From contig RSEE01000014.1 of NCBI GenBank assembly GCA_003971905.1, positions 682,001 through 746,000 on the forward strand: a DNA stretch of 64,000 bases. Direction: 5' to 3'. Below the pieces are notes generated by a model. The model was given only the letters and a program-made list of their open reading frames with translations, did no database searches and was not told the origin of the DNA. Source of the stretch: Moniliella sp. 'wahieum'. Taxonomy: Eukaryota. Made by a program: the position numbers and the translations under genes. Each line of letters begins with the position of its first letter. Positions within the stretch are counted from its first letter, which is position 1. Below, one piece after another: positions 12,032-26,582 of this stretch.

Positions 12032-14043
12032 CGTGTTGATGAGACGACGATATGATCTGGCGGGTCCTGACGCCCTTGCGATGGAATTTTGCAACAGTGT
12101 GGTGGTGGTGGTAGCGGGTATAGAGGAGAAGCCAAGTAACAACGCCTATCGTGACATTTCCTTTTGATCCAGCCGCCAGGAGAGGTTGCTCCCGCGGATG
12201 TGACTGGGGCATTAATAGGACTTGGGTGGGTCAAAGGCTTCGCCCCTGATGAGGCCTTACAATTAATAACAGAAGACCCTAGAGCTGGTCCATCCTATAC
12301 TCGGGCCGCCCAGAGTAGCTCAAGACGTAGAAGGTAAGGTTCCCACCCCCTGCAGGTGGTGTGGCTGTTGAGCCAGGGTGGCTCGTGCGTTGGTCAAAGT
12401 CCCTTCAGTTCCTCCTCAGACCTAGGTGTTCCGTTATCTTCTCTCTCCTGTTTTTCCTTGTTTTCCGCAGCCTTTAGCCCCTGGTGGCGACTCGCTGCTT
12501 GATGCGCGATGTTCCTCTGTAGGCGTTGGTGGTTGGCTTGGACCACACACTCCACCAGTGGGATTGCATCGCCCTAGAGGACCATCAGGGCTCCAGGTCT
12601 CATTCAGTGGTGGCGGCGGCAGAGAGGCTCTGGTTAGTGTGGCTGCGCAAGAACTTATTCTATGCGCACTAAAACGAAAGAGAGATGAAGTAAGGCATCT
12701 GTAAGAGCGGAGGAACCCAAGGATTTGGGTGTAGAACCTCTGTGGAAATGCAGCAGAGCAATGCAATGGCGGTGGTGGTGGTTAAACGTTAAGGGATAAG
12801 GTCTAAGCCTTATATACTTCACCTAGAGGAGACAGGGGTTAGAACAAGCCGGAGTATACAAGTGGAGGCTTCGGAGGTTGAAAAATAAGGGGCAAAGGAT
12901 GATAATCGAGATAAGGCGCCTTGGCCTATGTAGGGACCGCCGGTCGCAACAGTTCAACACATCGTATCAACACACGGCGCAACCCTCTCCTCACACTGAA
13001 GACGCGGCCGTGGTGGTCCTCTGGGTTGTCCAACAAGCCCGATCGGACTGTGGGCAACGAAGCCTGTTGTGGATGCACATGTTGGGGACTACCTGACTTG
13101 TTAATAGCACAGACTTCATGTTGAGATGTGTGAGAAGCTGTATAGGGAGATGGGAATGGACTGGAATGGGCTGGAATGGCACGTTGCCTTTAAGCCAGCC
13201 CCACACAACACCTGCAACCCTTTTAACGAGCGCTCAGATAGATGGATTGATGCAGGTGATGCGTGTTTTTGTCAGGGGCTGGAGGGATCTCGATCCGGTT
13301 GATCATGCAAGTTGGGGCACGTGCCCTGCATGGCGATATGCGTGCGTGGCCAGCGACCGGTGACCAAGAGTGACTAGTGACGCATCGCGAAACTGCCAGC
13401 GAGCGCAGTGCACCACTCCCACACAGCCCCCGCGCGCTGCTTCAGCTTCACCCTTCGCCCAGCCAAGCTTTTCACCCCCACGCCCAATCGCAACTACTCG
13501 CCAGCAGCTTCTTACCACCGTCGATCCATTATCAGCGTTGTCAACGCGTCCGGCCTCAGGCCTCATGCCTGGAACCAGGCCCCCAGCCCCATCATTTCGC
13601 CATCACATGTCACAGGCGCCCAGCCCTAGGGCCTCACACTGGCTTTCGCGTCGCGCGGCGCCACAGTTGTTATAATCGTCGCGCCCGTCTTTGTTTGGGT
13701 CTGCCTTCGTGCCCCATTCCTCCCCCCTGTCTCCTGTCCACAGTTTGCACGACCCCACGGGTAGTCGACCGACCCTCATGCCTCTGATCGAGACAGTGCC
13801 CCTCTTTGGTCACGATGACCTCGATGACCTTGATGGTGCCACAAGAAAGCCGTCAGATCTCAGATCGCACAGCAGACGCGTCTGTCTCACCCGAGGTGTA
13901 GTCTGCTCCAGGAAGCATCGAACGGCTGCAGTATATATCATCTATCATCCCCCTCTCATATTTCCTTCCTCTTATCTTTCGACCTTTCCTCCTTCTCCCT
14001 CCTATCCGTTTCTCCCCGACCTTTTTGCTCCATTCGCGCTGCC

Positions 14044-15833
14044 ATGCTCCCTGCCTCCCTCCTCCTTGCTGTCGCTGGCATCGCAGGAGCCCATGCCTGG
14101 GGGGCAGCCCCAGCACAGTCACTCCAACTTCCCCTGGACCGCGCCTCCTCAGACGCCCCCATCTTCACCTCCGCCTCCCTGGAAACTGACCCGCTTGGCC
14201 TTCCCTTTCACATTTTCCATCACGCGGCCCAACAAAGCACGCCCCACCCTGACCGTCCATGACTATGACGGCGTGAGCGATGAACCCTTTCATCTCCGCA
14301 CCCATCCTCGCGACTTTTCCAGCGGGCTACAGCCTGACCTGAACCAGGAGGCACACCTCCTGGTTGCGAGCTGACATTTGTCGACAATGTATGCTCCTTC
14401 TTTCCACTAATAAATGCATTCTACTGACCGTTCTGCCTTCCTCACTCAGTTTTCGCGTCATGGGGCGCGCCTACCAAGTAAAAAGGACTACCACGAGATG
14501 AAGAAGGTCCTCAAGAAAATCCCCACGCCCTGGCCGACGTGCCACGGGGCCGCCTAGCAGATCCCTCACTCGAGTTTCTCCGGACCTATCATGTCCCCAA
14601 GGAGCTTGCTTCTCTTGTACCGTACGGGGCGCTGCAGCCTGGCACAAGGGACGGATTGACCGGATGACATATGGTAGTTTGGCTGGGGACAAGGGCGCAT
14701 TCATCCGTGCTTCCGTGACTTTGGTGGGGTGATCGCGTGGTCTGGACGGCGATGTACTGGCAGCTTGGGTTCGAAGGAAAACCATTTCCGTCTGGCACGC
14801 TTGTATCGCCCGCAGATGTCCGGGAGCAAGAAGGACTGCGTCCCCCTCACGTTCTCCTCAGCGAGGAGGCTGGTGCCAACAACACACTCAGTGTGGGCAC
14901 CTGTTCCGCTTACTGGTCCTACAAGGGCCCCTGGGGATGAGTATCAGACCAACACGGTTGAGCCGGTGGTGGCTGCCCACTTTTCCCAGCGCCTTGCGCC
15001 AGCCAAGATTCACTTGTCGGTCGAGAAGTGATGGCGTTGATGCATGTGTGCACTTACTGGACGTTGGGAGCGGCTACCGTGGTGGATGGCCAGGCCAGCT
15101 CTGTTCATCCCTTGTGCGAGGCATTCGATGCGGACGACTGGCGTATCTACGAATATGCCCAGGATCTTGCTTCGTGGGAAACGCAAGGATACGGAAGTCC
15201 CTACCATCGCGCTGCCGGCCAGGGGTTCCTACGGGAGCTGTATGCTCGCCTCAATGGCACTGCCCCGCCACTGGTCGACCTACTTCTCTCAATTCCACGT
15301 TGGATAGCGATGCGCGCACCTTCCCCCTGCCTTCAAAGAAGGGTTACTCTGTCTATTTGGATGCAGCCCACTCTAGCAGTACGTTCCTTCCATTTTACGC
15401 TGTGAATAACCCCGCAATACGGTAGAGACTAACCAGTTACTTTTTTCCCCAGCCATGGTTCCCGTTCTCGCTGCCTTTGGCCTCTACAAGGGACCACCCC
15501 CTTCCTCTGCTCCCCATGCCGAGCGATCGAGCAAAGGCCGGATTTATCAAAATTCACGCTTCATGCCCTTTATGACCCAAGTGCACTTCCAGCGACTGGG
15601 CTGCCGTGGCTCGGCGTGGCCAGGCAGTCCCGCCCCCTGGCAAGAGTTTGTTCGGGTTCGCGTCAACAAACGCACTCACCCTGCCGCTGGGCAACCATGG
15701 TGTCCCCCAGTCCCTGTCCTCCCATGACAAGGACCTCTTGCAGCAGGGCCTTTGTCCTTTGCATGCCGTCTTGAGGGGTATGGAGTGGGTGAATGATGAG
15801 GATGGCGAGTGGAGCAAGTGTTATGATGCTTAG
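14044..15833 (+). CDS. Secreted histidine acid phosphatase / phytase-like protein
   Basis: Signal peptide MLPASLLLAVAGIAGAHA; RHGARLP active-site motif at ~14456; YEYAQDL..GYG; FVRVRVN; C-terminal WSKCY. Introns ~14389-14449 and ~15379-15452. Confidence 0.85.
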
Positions 15834-16225
15834 TGCCTTTTATACCTGTCTTTTTTAAGCCCCGAGCAACCTCTCTCCTGTGAATGCGCGTACGCGGGGT
15901 AGAGGGACCTCTACCATATCCCCGCGACGACCGTTCTGTAACGAAATCATGATCCACTGTCCATTGAGTAAAGAAGCCATTTACCAAAAATGGTAGCTAC
16001 TGATGTACATGAGGGGTTTAGTAATGGAGGAAATGTGCAGAACGGATGCTTCTATAGCGTGATGATGTGTCCTAAAGAGGAAGAATGCATGTGTCCCGAA
16101 ACAAAAAATATGAACATGGGGATCATGTACATGACAGAGACACGATAGTGTCACATCCGAATGGTTTGGGCCCTTCTGAGGAATAACTGCACATCGGATT
16201 AAGACAAAAGTGCACCTCCAAGCAC

Positions 16226-18026
<1,801 letters not shown>

Positions 18027-18849
18027 CTACTGGCGCAATGCCTTGGGCCGTGCGCCGATCATGCGATCACTAGTGCTCGCCACTAGTCACTGTGACATGT
18101 GACTAGTCCTCTGGCGAGGGAACCGCATTGGGCGAGTGGAGCAGCTGGGCTTCTGCGGCGCAATTCAATCGTAGCGCCCTCCGAATCCTACGCGAGGCGG
18201 ATTGGATGTTTTTTGATGCACCGCAACTGTCCCCGTGCCTCGTGCGCGTTGCTCGCTCGTCCGCTTAATAAATGTTCAAGCCATCCCCAGTGCTGTGCTT
18301 TGGAGCCGCCCAGCAGGCCCAGCGCCCAACGTTGGGCGCCCAACGGTACGCCAAAATACGCCAAATTCCAGGCTCCGCAAACCCTGGGCAGCTGTAAATA
18401 CTTAGAGCCACCTGCAACCCAGCACGTGGTGGCGTGGTGGCGTGCCCAATTCATTTCCTAATCGATAATCGATCCTAGTTAATCAGCAGCTCATCTACAG
18501 CGCGCACATTCGCATTCAATGCATTCAATATTCACCCGAGAGTATGCCCATCGGAGGACAGGATAAAGCATTAGCTGTACCGTCATGCCATCAGGAATAA
18601 CAGAACGTGTGGCCATAGATGTGCCCCGACGGGTGTGCACATTCTAGATCAGGGGCCAAGCGGCAACGCTCAATCGCTCAGCCCATCGGGTGAGAGTGTG
18701 TATCCAGCTGTGTAACATCTGAGTCCATGTGAGCCTCAGCGCTGAGCCCACACAAAAAGATATAGATGCTCTCTCTGTGTGTCTCCGCGGGAGTGCTTTC
18801 CAAAAGCACGAAGTCCGCAGCAGATAATACAACTTTCCCGTACCAGCCT

Positions 18850-18903
18850 TTAAGCTTTAGGCTTCAAGCTTCAAGCTTCAATCATGACTTCAAGCTTCAG
18901 CTT
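18850..18903. repeat. (TCA-AGCT)n heptamer array
   Basis: TCA-AGCT-TCA-AGCT-TCA at 18864-18880 and TCA-AGCT-TCA at 18890-18899. Confidence 0.85.
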
Positions 18904-19695
18904 CTGTGGAGAGATGGCAATTGCGGGGGCACATACCATCACACAGCGGCATAACATGCATATAATGGGGCGCACCGTCTGGATCTCACACCACACGCCA
19001 AGACTCTCTCTCCGCACAGACGATTATTGTTTGTCAGTGATGAGGTTGAATTGTCCGAGGCCGTGTGCGGGTGCCGATCCGCGCACTTGTGCGTCGTTGA
19101 GCCTGGCCCGTGCGTTGGGCCAAAATATGCCCCCAAGCTTTTCAGTACCAGTACCCAGTCATCCAGAGGCCTGGAAGTTCGGTTGTTGTCTCCCTTCTGT
19201 CTGAACAGTTGCGCAACCACAGGGGCGGTGGCAACTTGCTGCTATGGATGTCCCTCTCGGTAGGTGTGGAAGACCAGAGAGCAGGCAGTTGGTGGTGTAT
19301 TGTTGCACTTGAGCCCCAGAGAGGCTGCGGTCCAGGAAGGAATATTGAAAGGAATGCATCGGAAGGATCCGGAACTGGCGCCCACTACACTGCCAGTGTG
19401 GCGCCACAAGGTGATGTTGGCTGGACAACCACCACAGCGAAAGTGCGATTGCATCACCCTCGAGACAATTGTGATCCTCAGGGGCCGTGGCCTCTGCTGG
19501 CGGTCATCTGGGTGACCATTACTGCACGCAATGACGCGTGACGCCTTTGTCAAAAACTCCCCCCAGGAAATGGCGCATCTGTTGGTGCTCGCGTGCCGCC
19601 GACTCATTCATTGACTCGCGATCCATGCGAGCCCCTTTACACCAGTGGCCAGTCATTCTCTGTCGCCAATATTCAATGACAACCCTCTCCATAAC

Positions 19696-19795
19696 GGTCG
19701 GATGGTCTAGCTGGTCATGACGTACGCTTCACATCCTGGAGCAACAGGTCTCGTTGAGACGCGTAAGGTCCCCGGTTCGATCCCGGGTTCGATCA
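19696..19795 (+). tRNA. tRNA-Val(CAC) with a 26-nt intron (19734-19759)
   Basis: Acceptor GGTCGGA/TTCGATC, D-arm TGGTCTAGCTGG, anticodon stem TACGC/GCGTA around TT-CAC-A, T-arm CCCGG-TTCGATC-CCGGG, followed by a T-run Pol III terminator. Confidence 0.93.
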
Positions 19796-20081
19796 CTTTT
19801 TGCAGTAACACCATTTTTTTAGTGTTCGGCTATCCAGACTCGGCCTCGCCTTCAGGCCTAAGGCCTAAAAGGAGACGCGTTGCTTAGATAGATAAATCGA
19901 TCCGATAAAGTGTGGGATAAACAGTCAGGCCAATGATAGCCGTTGACATTACAAGAGGGAGGATGAGGATCAAACAGAAAGTATGGTGGGATCATCAACG
20001 TAAGACGACAAGCAGAAAAAACGAGGGGACAAGATAGACACTTATAGAAAAGGTGAGGCTTAAAGAGGCAAGGTCAATGGC

Positions 20082-23000
20082 TCACCGCCTACGACCCCAA
20101 GTGTACGTTGGGTCAGATCCACAGTAAGTCCAAGTGCCGGGTCACCTCCTTCATGCCCAAGGCATACGAGTACAAACGAATGGTCCGTTGGGTTGATGCC
20201 GAGGACGATCCTGCGCGAGAGGTGAATGGAGGCTGCGCAGATGAGGAAAGAGCCACCGTCGAACCGGGCTTTGTAGGCCGATATGCCAACAGGTTCTGGC
20301 GAGCAGATTCGACACGAGGCATATATGGCGGTAGAGGAGTCTTGAGCCGGAACGACGCGGCCAAGAGGTACAGCACCAAGACCGTATGACCCGTGAGCTC
20401 CAGTGCGAGAGACTCTTGTACCGCGTCAGCCGATGCTCCCTGGGATGAAGGGGGCTTGGCGAAAAACGTAGCCGGGCCCGAAGAAGCGGGAGCAGAACCA
20501 CCTTGTGTCGCGTCCGCTGCTACTTGAGCTGCGGCCGAAAGACCATGCAGGGCGTCGAGCAAACCTTGGGCTTCGGAGAGAATGCGATGGTACGCATGGC
20601 CCGGAAACGGCCCCTTGAGGCGTACCTCTGTAGTCGTGTGGGGCAAGAGACTCTCAAGCCAAATGACAGCCACTTGAATCGACAAGGTCATGTGCACAAT
20701 TGTGGCGTTGGTGCTTGTGGGCAAGGGTGGGACAGAGGGAGTCCGACCTGACGGACGATGCTGCGCGAGTGACGCCAATTCTCCCTCTGGCGCCAAGTTG
20801 TTCTCGCATGGATCCCGAAACTCTTGCCCACGTCCCATTGGGGCAGATACAGCCCGAACAGCGATCGCTTGATAAAGCCACGCCAAATTAAAGAGGAGGT
20901 CACTGGTGCCTTGAGCCAGCAACCGTCTCGCCTCCATGGGCCAGACAAACGCAGAGAGAAAAGCAGCCCAGGCAACACCCACGAGGACAGACAACGTACG
21001 AAAGATAGCGATCTCTCCACTTCTGTACCCGTTTTGCGCAAATTGTAGCTGTACACTGTTCGAATGGCATCCATGTCAGTACTTCTTGATTTCAAATCCC
21101 CGTAAGGGTGTCCGACGCAATGTGGTACCGTACATACAGGCAGTCAGGTTATACGCCAGTAAAATGAGGCGTCCCGAAGACGCATGGGCCGGAGTAGCGA
21201 CGATGATGTAGAAGCAAGGAATGACAAAGAGCAGCCCAAACAAGGGGAGAAACATTGTCATCAGGAAAAATGTTGTAGGCGACACACGCAGCCAGAGCCC
21301 AATGATCGTCCCTACCGTGCGCTGGAGGCCCATGTAAGTGCTTTGCCCCACCGTGGGGGACATGACGACAAAGAATGAAACAAGAGCCCATTGCCCTTGG
21401 ATCATTTCGAACAAGGGTCGGGTTCGCATGATGAATGCAGGTGAAGCCAAGACAGCAGCACCACCTCCAGCCTTTATGGCAAACCGTACATTGGCCCGTT
21501 GAAAAATGCGACTCAACCTCCACAGGCGGTGGGCCCATCGAGAGCGCCATCCTTCATCAGAGTGGTGCGAGGGTGTTGGAGGGTACCAGGGTAGTGTGGC
21601 ATGTAACCCGGCATTCCAGGTCCACTCCGAGAACTGGGCATCCCCCCAGGGCCAAGCTGACCAGTGGGATTAACACTTTGCCCCACTCGTTGGCACAGTG
21701 AATAAAGACTTCCCAGGCCACTTGGGCAACCGATGTGAGGAATCCAGGAAGAAGGATGACTGGGCGTAATACAGCAGCAAAGCATTGGCGGGAAAAGTGC
21801 AATACCCACCCCCAGAAAGTGTTGGATATAAGATCAGGTTTGGACAGAAGCTGCGATCGTGCCAGGTCCGCTTCGTGAACACGCACGACTTCCAACAGGG
21901 GAATTAGACGGGCCAGCTCCGCGGAAAACTCCGACAGAGTCAAGCAAAGAATACCACCAGGTAAGTGTCCTCTTGAACTGCATCCCTCCAATCCGTCCGA
22001 CTGGGGTTCGTCGGAATGGCCGTAGACGAGCTTTTTCCTTCTACACCTGATGATACGGGAACCAGATTCAGCTCCTTTGTCCACCCATTCCTGGGCTAGC
22101 TGGGCATTGAACTGGGATTGCGCAATAGCAAAACGTTGTTGAGCGGCAGAGAGGTCAGTCGCAAGCCAGGAGAGAGGCATGCCTTGTTTGTACGTTGATG
22201 GTGCACTCGCTGTGGCGCCATACACGCCGGTGCCAGGCTCTTGTTGGCCAAGGCTTTCATCAGCTGCTCTAGCACCTCATCTGGGAGAGGGAAAGCATCC
22301 TTGAGGGACAAGAGGGTACGCGAGCATGTAAACTTAATATGATGTTGGGTCCAGCGTTCAGCCGCATAAGAAGATGTGCTTACGGCCAAGCTCCGGGTAG
22401 CGGGCCAAGAGCGCGACAGCGGAGAGAAAGTGCTGAAAAACTTGACTGGTGAGTCTTGGTGATCGTGCTCATACACAGGTGGCACAACTTCGCATCGTCC
22501 GGGGCGGATGGAGTGTGAGCAGCCGATGGAGCACTGGACATGCGGAGGATGATCCCCCATCCGGGCAGTTCGCAAAGCAGCATGAGGGGGGCGTTGCACG
22601 GAGCTCGTAACGCAGCCAGATGTTGAGCAAATGAGTGAGGGACTGAGCTGCGCCAGGTTAAGTTGGCGTACGCTGGCGCTGCCCATACGAGGGTCGATCC
22701 ATGCCTCTAGGCATGCCTCCTCTGCCTCGGTCTGGGCACGAGTAAAGGAAGATCCATGTCGCCCAATAGCCCCCACCAAGGCTCGTTGGGAGTTGGTGGC
22801 GCCCGAGGGGTCTTTACCCAAGAATGGGGGCTCCGTTTCATCTAGGAGAAGACTGTAGTAATGGCACGCAGTAGACGAGCAAAGGCGTCCAAGTCTTTCG
22901 TGACACCCGATTGAAGTCGACCAGTCGCACTTTCAGGCCACAAACCTAGGCAGACGACCGAACTGATAAACGTACCAAGTATACAGCATGCCGCGACTTG

Positions 23001-24663
23001 GATCACCTTGTCCCCACTGAAGCGGCCTAAATGGGGGGAGCCTTCCTTCACCAACACAACAAAGAGCAAAATCGACCCCATGGTTCCCGTAGTGTTCCAT
23101 ACGCCAGGTTGCAAGTGGGATTGTGTCTTGCTCCAGGAGCCCACTGCCACACCGACGCCGACAAACAAAGCCAGCACAAGAATGTTTGAAAGGCCAGGCC
23201 AGCCCAACTCGTGGAGCGTCTCAGCGATAGCCATGGAAATTGTGCACCAAGCCGTGACCGCCGTCAAGCCAAGAAGCGCATAGCCATTGGCCAAAACCAT
23301 GCCCCCACGAGTGCGGGCTGCGTGGAAGTAAACGGAAACTGTGGCCACCATATGTAAATTGGCGATAGGAGCCCGACTGTCCGAATCACGATGAGGCAAT
23401 AAGTATGCCATAGCATCGCTTAGAATGGGGCTGAAGGTAAACATGGAAGCCAAAAAGTAGGCCACCGCACATTTGGCGATTCCCCGAACCAAAGCACTCT
23501 GGGGATGCAGGCACCATTCCCAGGAGGACAGAGAAGGAGAAGGAGTGGCTTCCTTTTCCGCAAGTAGTCGATCAGCATCTTCGTCAGCGTGAGCGAGAAG
23601 TAAACGGGAAGCCGCTGCACGAAAGGAGGGATTGGAGGTAGGTGGCGCAGGAGGTAAATTCGGAGTGGTGGGTGTAGCTGAATTAGGTGGTGCCGTGGCT
23701 TGGGATGCGACAAACGTAATGGGGTCAACCCCAATGGGGATGGGAGGAATCGTAGAGGGTAAAAATAATGACAAAGTAGAGCGACCTCGAGCAGGGTGAT
23801 GAATTGACAAGTGTTGGCTCTTCCTCCGCCGTCCGAGGAAACTCTGGCGCTGAAGGGCGCGTTCAGGAGAGAGCGACTGTGTTGAATTTCCTGCAGGAGG
23901 CGGGCCATTGAACTGAGGGAAGTAGGAAACGCGGCGACGTTCAGGCGATTGCTCTCTGTCAGTCGATGGAGAGTTGATGGCGAAAGTGTGGGTATGGGCG
24001 TAGGGGCAAGTGTAGTGTGCTCAGTCGATGGAACGGGGTAGGAGACGGGAGAGGAGACACAGCCGCTTGTGTCGGAGGCGAAAGAAGATCAGGTTCAGCA
24101 AAAAAATCATCCGGGTGGCCAAGTGGTGGCGGAGAAAAAAGGCGATCTGGTTGGACCTCTCCCTCCTGGTGTATGGGAGAAGGTGTGGCACTGGATGTGG
24201 AAGAGCCGACCAAATACTCCTCCTCTTCATCTTCATCCTCGCTCCCGTCATACAACACCTCAACCGAGGGTCGATTATCGCTGATAACGGCATCTTCACC
24301 AGGTGGAGGGGTATCCAGCAAGGCGGAAAGCAAGCCCCACTGGTTCGAAGGGTCGACCAGAGCCAAGCTGTCCCGGGGAGACATGGCCATCTGGCGGCCT
24401 GGGCGTGGGCGTGGACGAGGAACAAAGGCCGAGGCTCGCCGGGCAGCCCGAGACAGAACAGAGGCAGACGCAGACGCAGCCGATGAGGCGATGGACAGGT
24501 GTGAACGGGAAGGAAGGCCTTCCATGTCACGGCCGGCGGGCAGGGATGCCTGGGACCATACGCTAGGAGGCGCCGATTCGCGGTGGGAGCGATGGGAGCG
24601 GGGGTGGGAGGAGGTGCGGATGGGGACGGGGACGGCTTGGCGGGGATGAGGTGGCTCAGACAT
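20082..24663 (-). CDS. Large membrane protein of the FUSC / aromatic acid exporter (ArAE_2, Bre4-like) family
   Basis: KCAVAYFLASMFTF, VYFHAARTRGGM, VRFAIKAGGG, QWALVSFFVVMSPTVG..GLQRTVGTIIG, LLAYNLT and RLKGPFP blocks. Low-complexity N-terminus; 3' end approximate; many frameshifts. Confidence 0.8.
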
Positions 24664-25288
24664 GATGATCTGGGCGGAGTGCCTGTCGGCGCCAGGCTTA
24701 CAACAGCGAGTGTAGACGTGCCAAGGCGCGCGATGGTGGTTGGCCGCCTGGAGATGGGAGCGATGGGAGGCCCCGAGGCGGCGAAGTGGACGGCGGTGGA
24801 CGCCGACGCTGTGCCCAGGAGCGCCATCTCTGGACTCGGTACTCGGTACGCGCAGAGGTGGGGGTGACCATCATGCATCACATCCCATTGCGCCCCATGA
24901 AATCTCAAATCCAACCCACCCATTCTGCCGCCACACAATGGGCCACTGCCTGCTCCTGCCGCGTACTGCCTGCGGCTGACCCCACTAGAACGGTTGCCCC
25001 GGCCCACGCACCCCCTGTTATCCACCCAGTCCCTCCCGATATGCTTACCCTGTCCAAGCGCCCACACAAAAGACACAGTCACCACGACAAACGCTAGAGT
25101 GGGTCCGCAGTATGTACCACCCCTTCCAGCCCCAGCCAGCCCACAGTCACATGCGCTAGTCACACTACATCCACGCCAGCGCACAGAACAAACACACATA
25201 TGCACACCAACAAATGGGCATCAATGAATGGATGGAGCAGGCACAGAGCCCTGGTCGGCCTCAGGGTTGCCTCGACGTTCAGTTCAAC

Positions 25289-26327
25289 TCAACGCTTCCC
25301 GCCAGTTTTGATCAGATCCAAGAAAGAGTCCTTCGACTCGAGGCTCTTTTTGGTCCCAGGCACCAGGGGAGGCTTTCCCATAACACTGCGCACCAGACCA
25401 GATGTCTCCTCTTCCTCGGGAGGGGCAGCTGCCTGCCGCTGCGAGTCACGGATCACATTGAACAGCTTGACCACACCGCGTTGTGCCACCTTGCGCAGAC
25501 GCTTCTCGTACCCCCCCGATCCACCCTGGTCGTCCCAGGCGGCCAGGGCATCGTCATCTAGAAGGGTACCCCCCAAGGCTGGAACAAGGGTGCCATCATA
25601 GTTGACAACCTGCCCTGGTGGTCCCCAAGAAGAAATGACGTCTTTCACGTGAGTCAACTCAAATGCCTTCTTGCGTTCGGCTACGAGTTCCCGCTCTGCC
25701 TTCGTTGCAAGTGATGCCTTGGCACCTGCGCGATTAATGTGTGGAGCAAGAGCAAGGATTGGCCCCTGGGTTGAGGTGGACGGCGCAGTGGAGGGAGAAA
25801 CGCGAGTACGCTTAGTCGGTTGTTCTTGCTCATCTTGAGCTTCCTCCTCCTTCTCTTCACCCGAAGCGTGATCATCCACCTCACTTTCTTGGTCAGAAGA
25901 AGGCTCCGACCCATCCTCACCTTCACGCGCCAGAGCAACAGGTGCTGGTGCGGATGAGCCAAGGAGATCCTGCAAAGTGGCACCGAAAGCAGTGGGAGAA
26001 ACAGCGCGACGTTTACGTTCTGGGGAGGGAAATGAGGTCAATTGCATGAACATGGCGCTATAAAAGTAACTTACTTTGAGTTTTCTTGCTCTTTGGGGCG
26101 GCGTGTGAGGCACGAATTTCGTCATCCGTGTCTGGTTCCGATTCGCTGTCGGACAAGCTAGAATCCGAATCATCATTGTCGCTAGTATGGGTTCGTGGCG
26201 GCGGCGGCCGGCGTCCCTTGGTGAAGGATGACCCGGATGGCGGTGCACCGGAGCGCATGGTAAATTTAGATTGCGGCTTGGACCTTTCGCCGCCGGGGCG
26301 CGAGGTGCTCGGATGGGGCTTGGGCAT
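25289..26327 (-). CDS. RRP15: Ribosomal RNA-processing protein Rrp15
   Basis: YEKRLRKVAQRGVVKLFNVIR motif, AFGATLQDLL, acidic N-terminus and C-terminal KDSFLDLIKTG. Intron ~26023-26074. Confidence 0.85.
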
Positions 26328-26582
26328 GATGCAGATGGAAGGTGGTGCTGGGTGGTGTGGGTGTGAGCATATTGTTGCGGATCCCGAAAAAAATTGTAAT
26401 GAGGGGGCAGCGGAATGCCAGGGAGGAATTACGAGGGGGCGCATTTACCATTGCACCGGCAGTCGATTGTTGCTGGACCCACTATCGCATCCACCTGGCC
26501 AGATCGAGGCTGAGCCTGAGTGGCACGCAACTCCAACACACGCCCCAACCCCCAGCCCCTGCTCTGCCACCCCGTGCTCGCC

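Noticed and set aside
8701..13410. CACTG/CAGTG as terminal inverted repeats of the orphan island
   Set aside because: No extended inverted match or target-site duplication could be found by eye.
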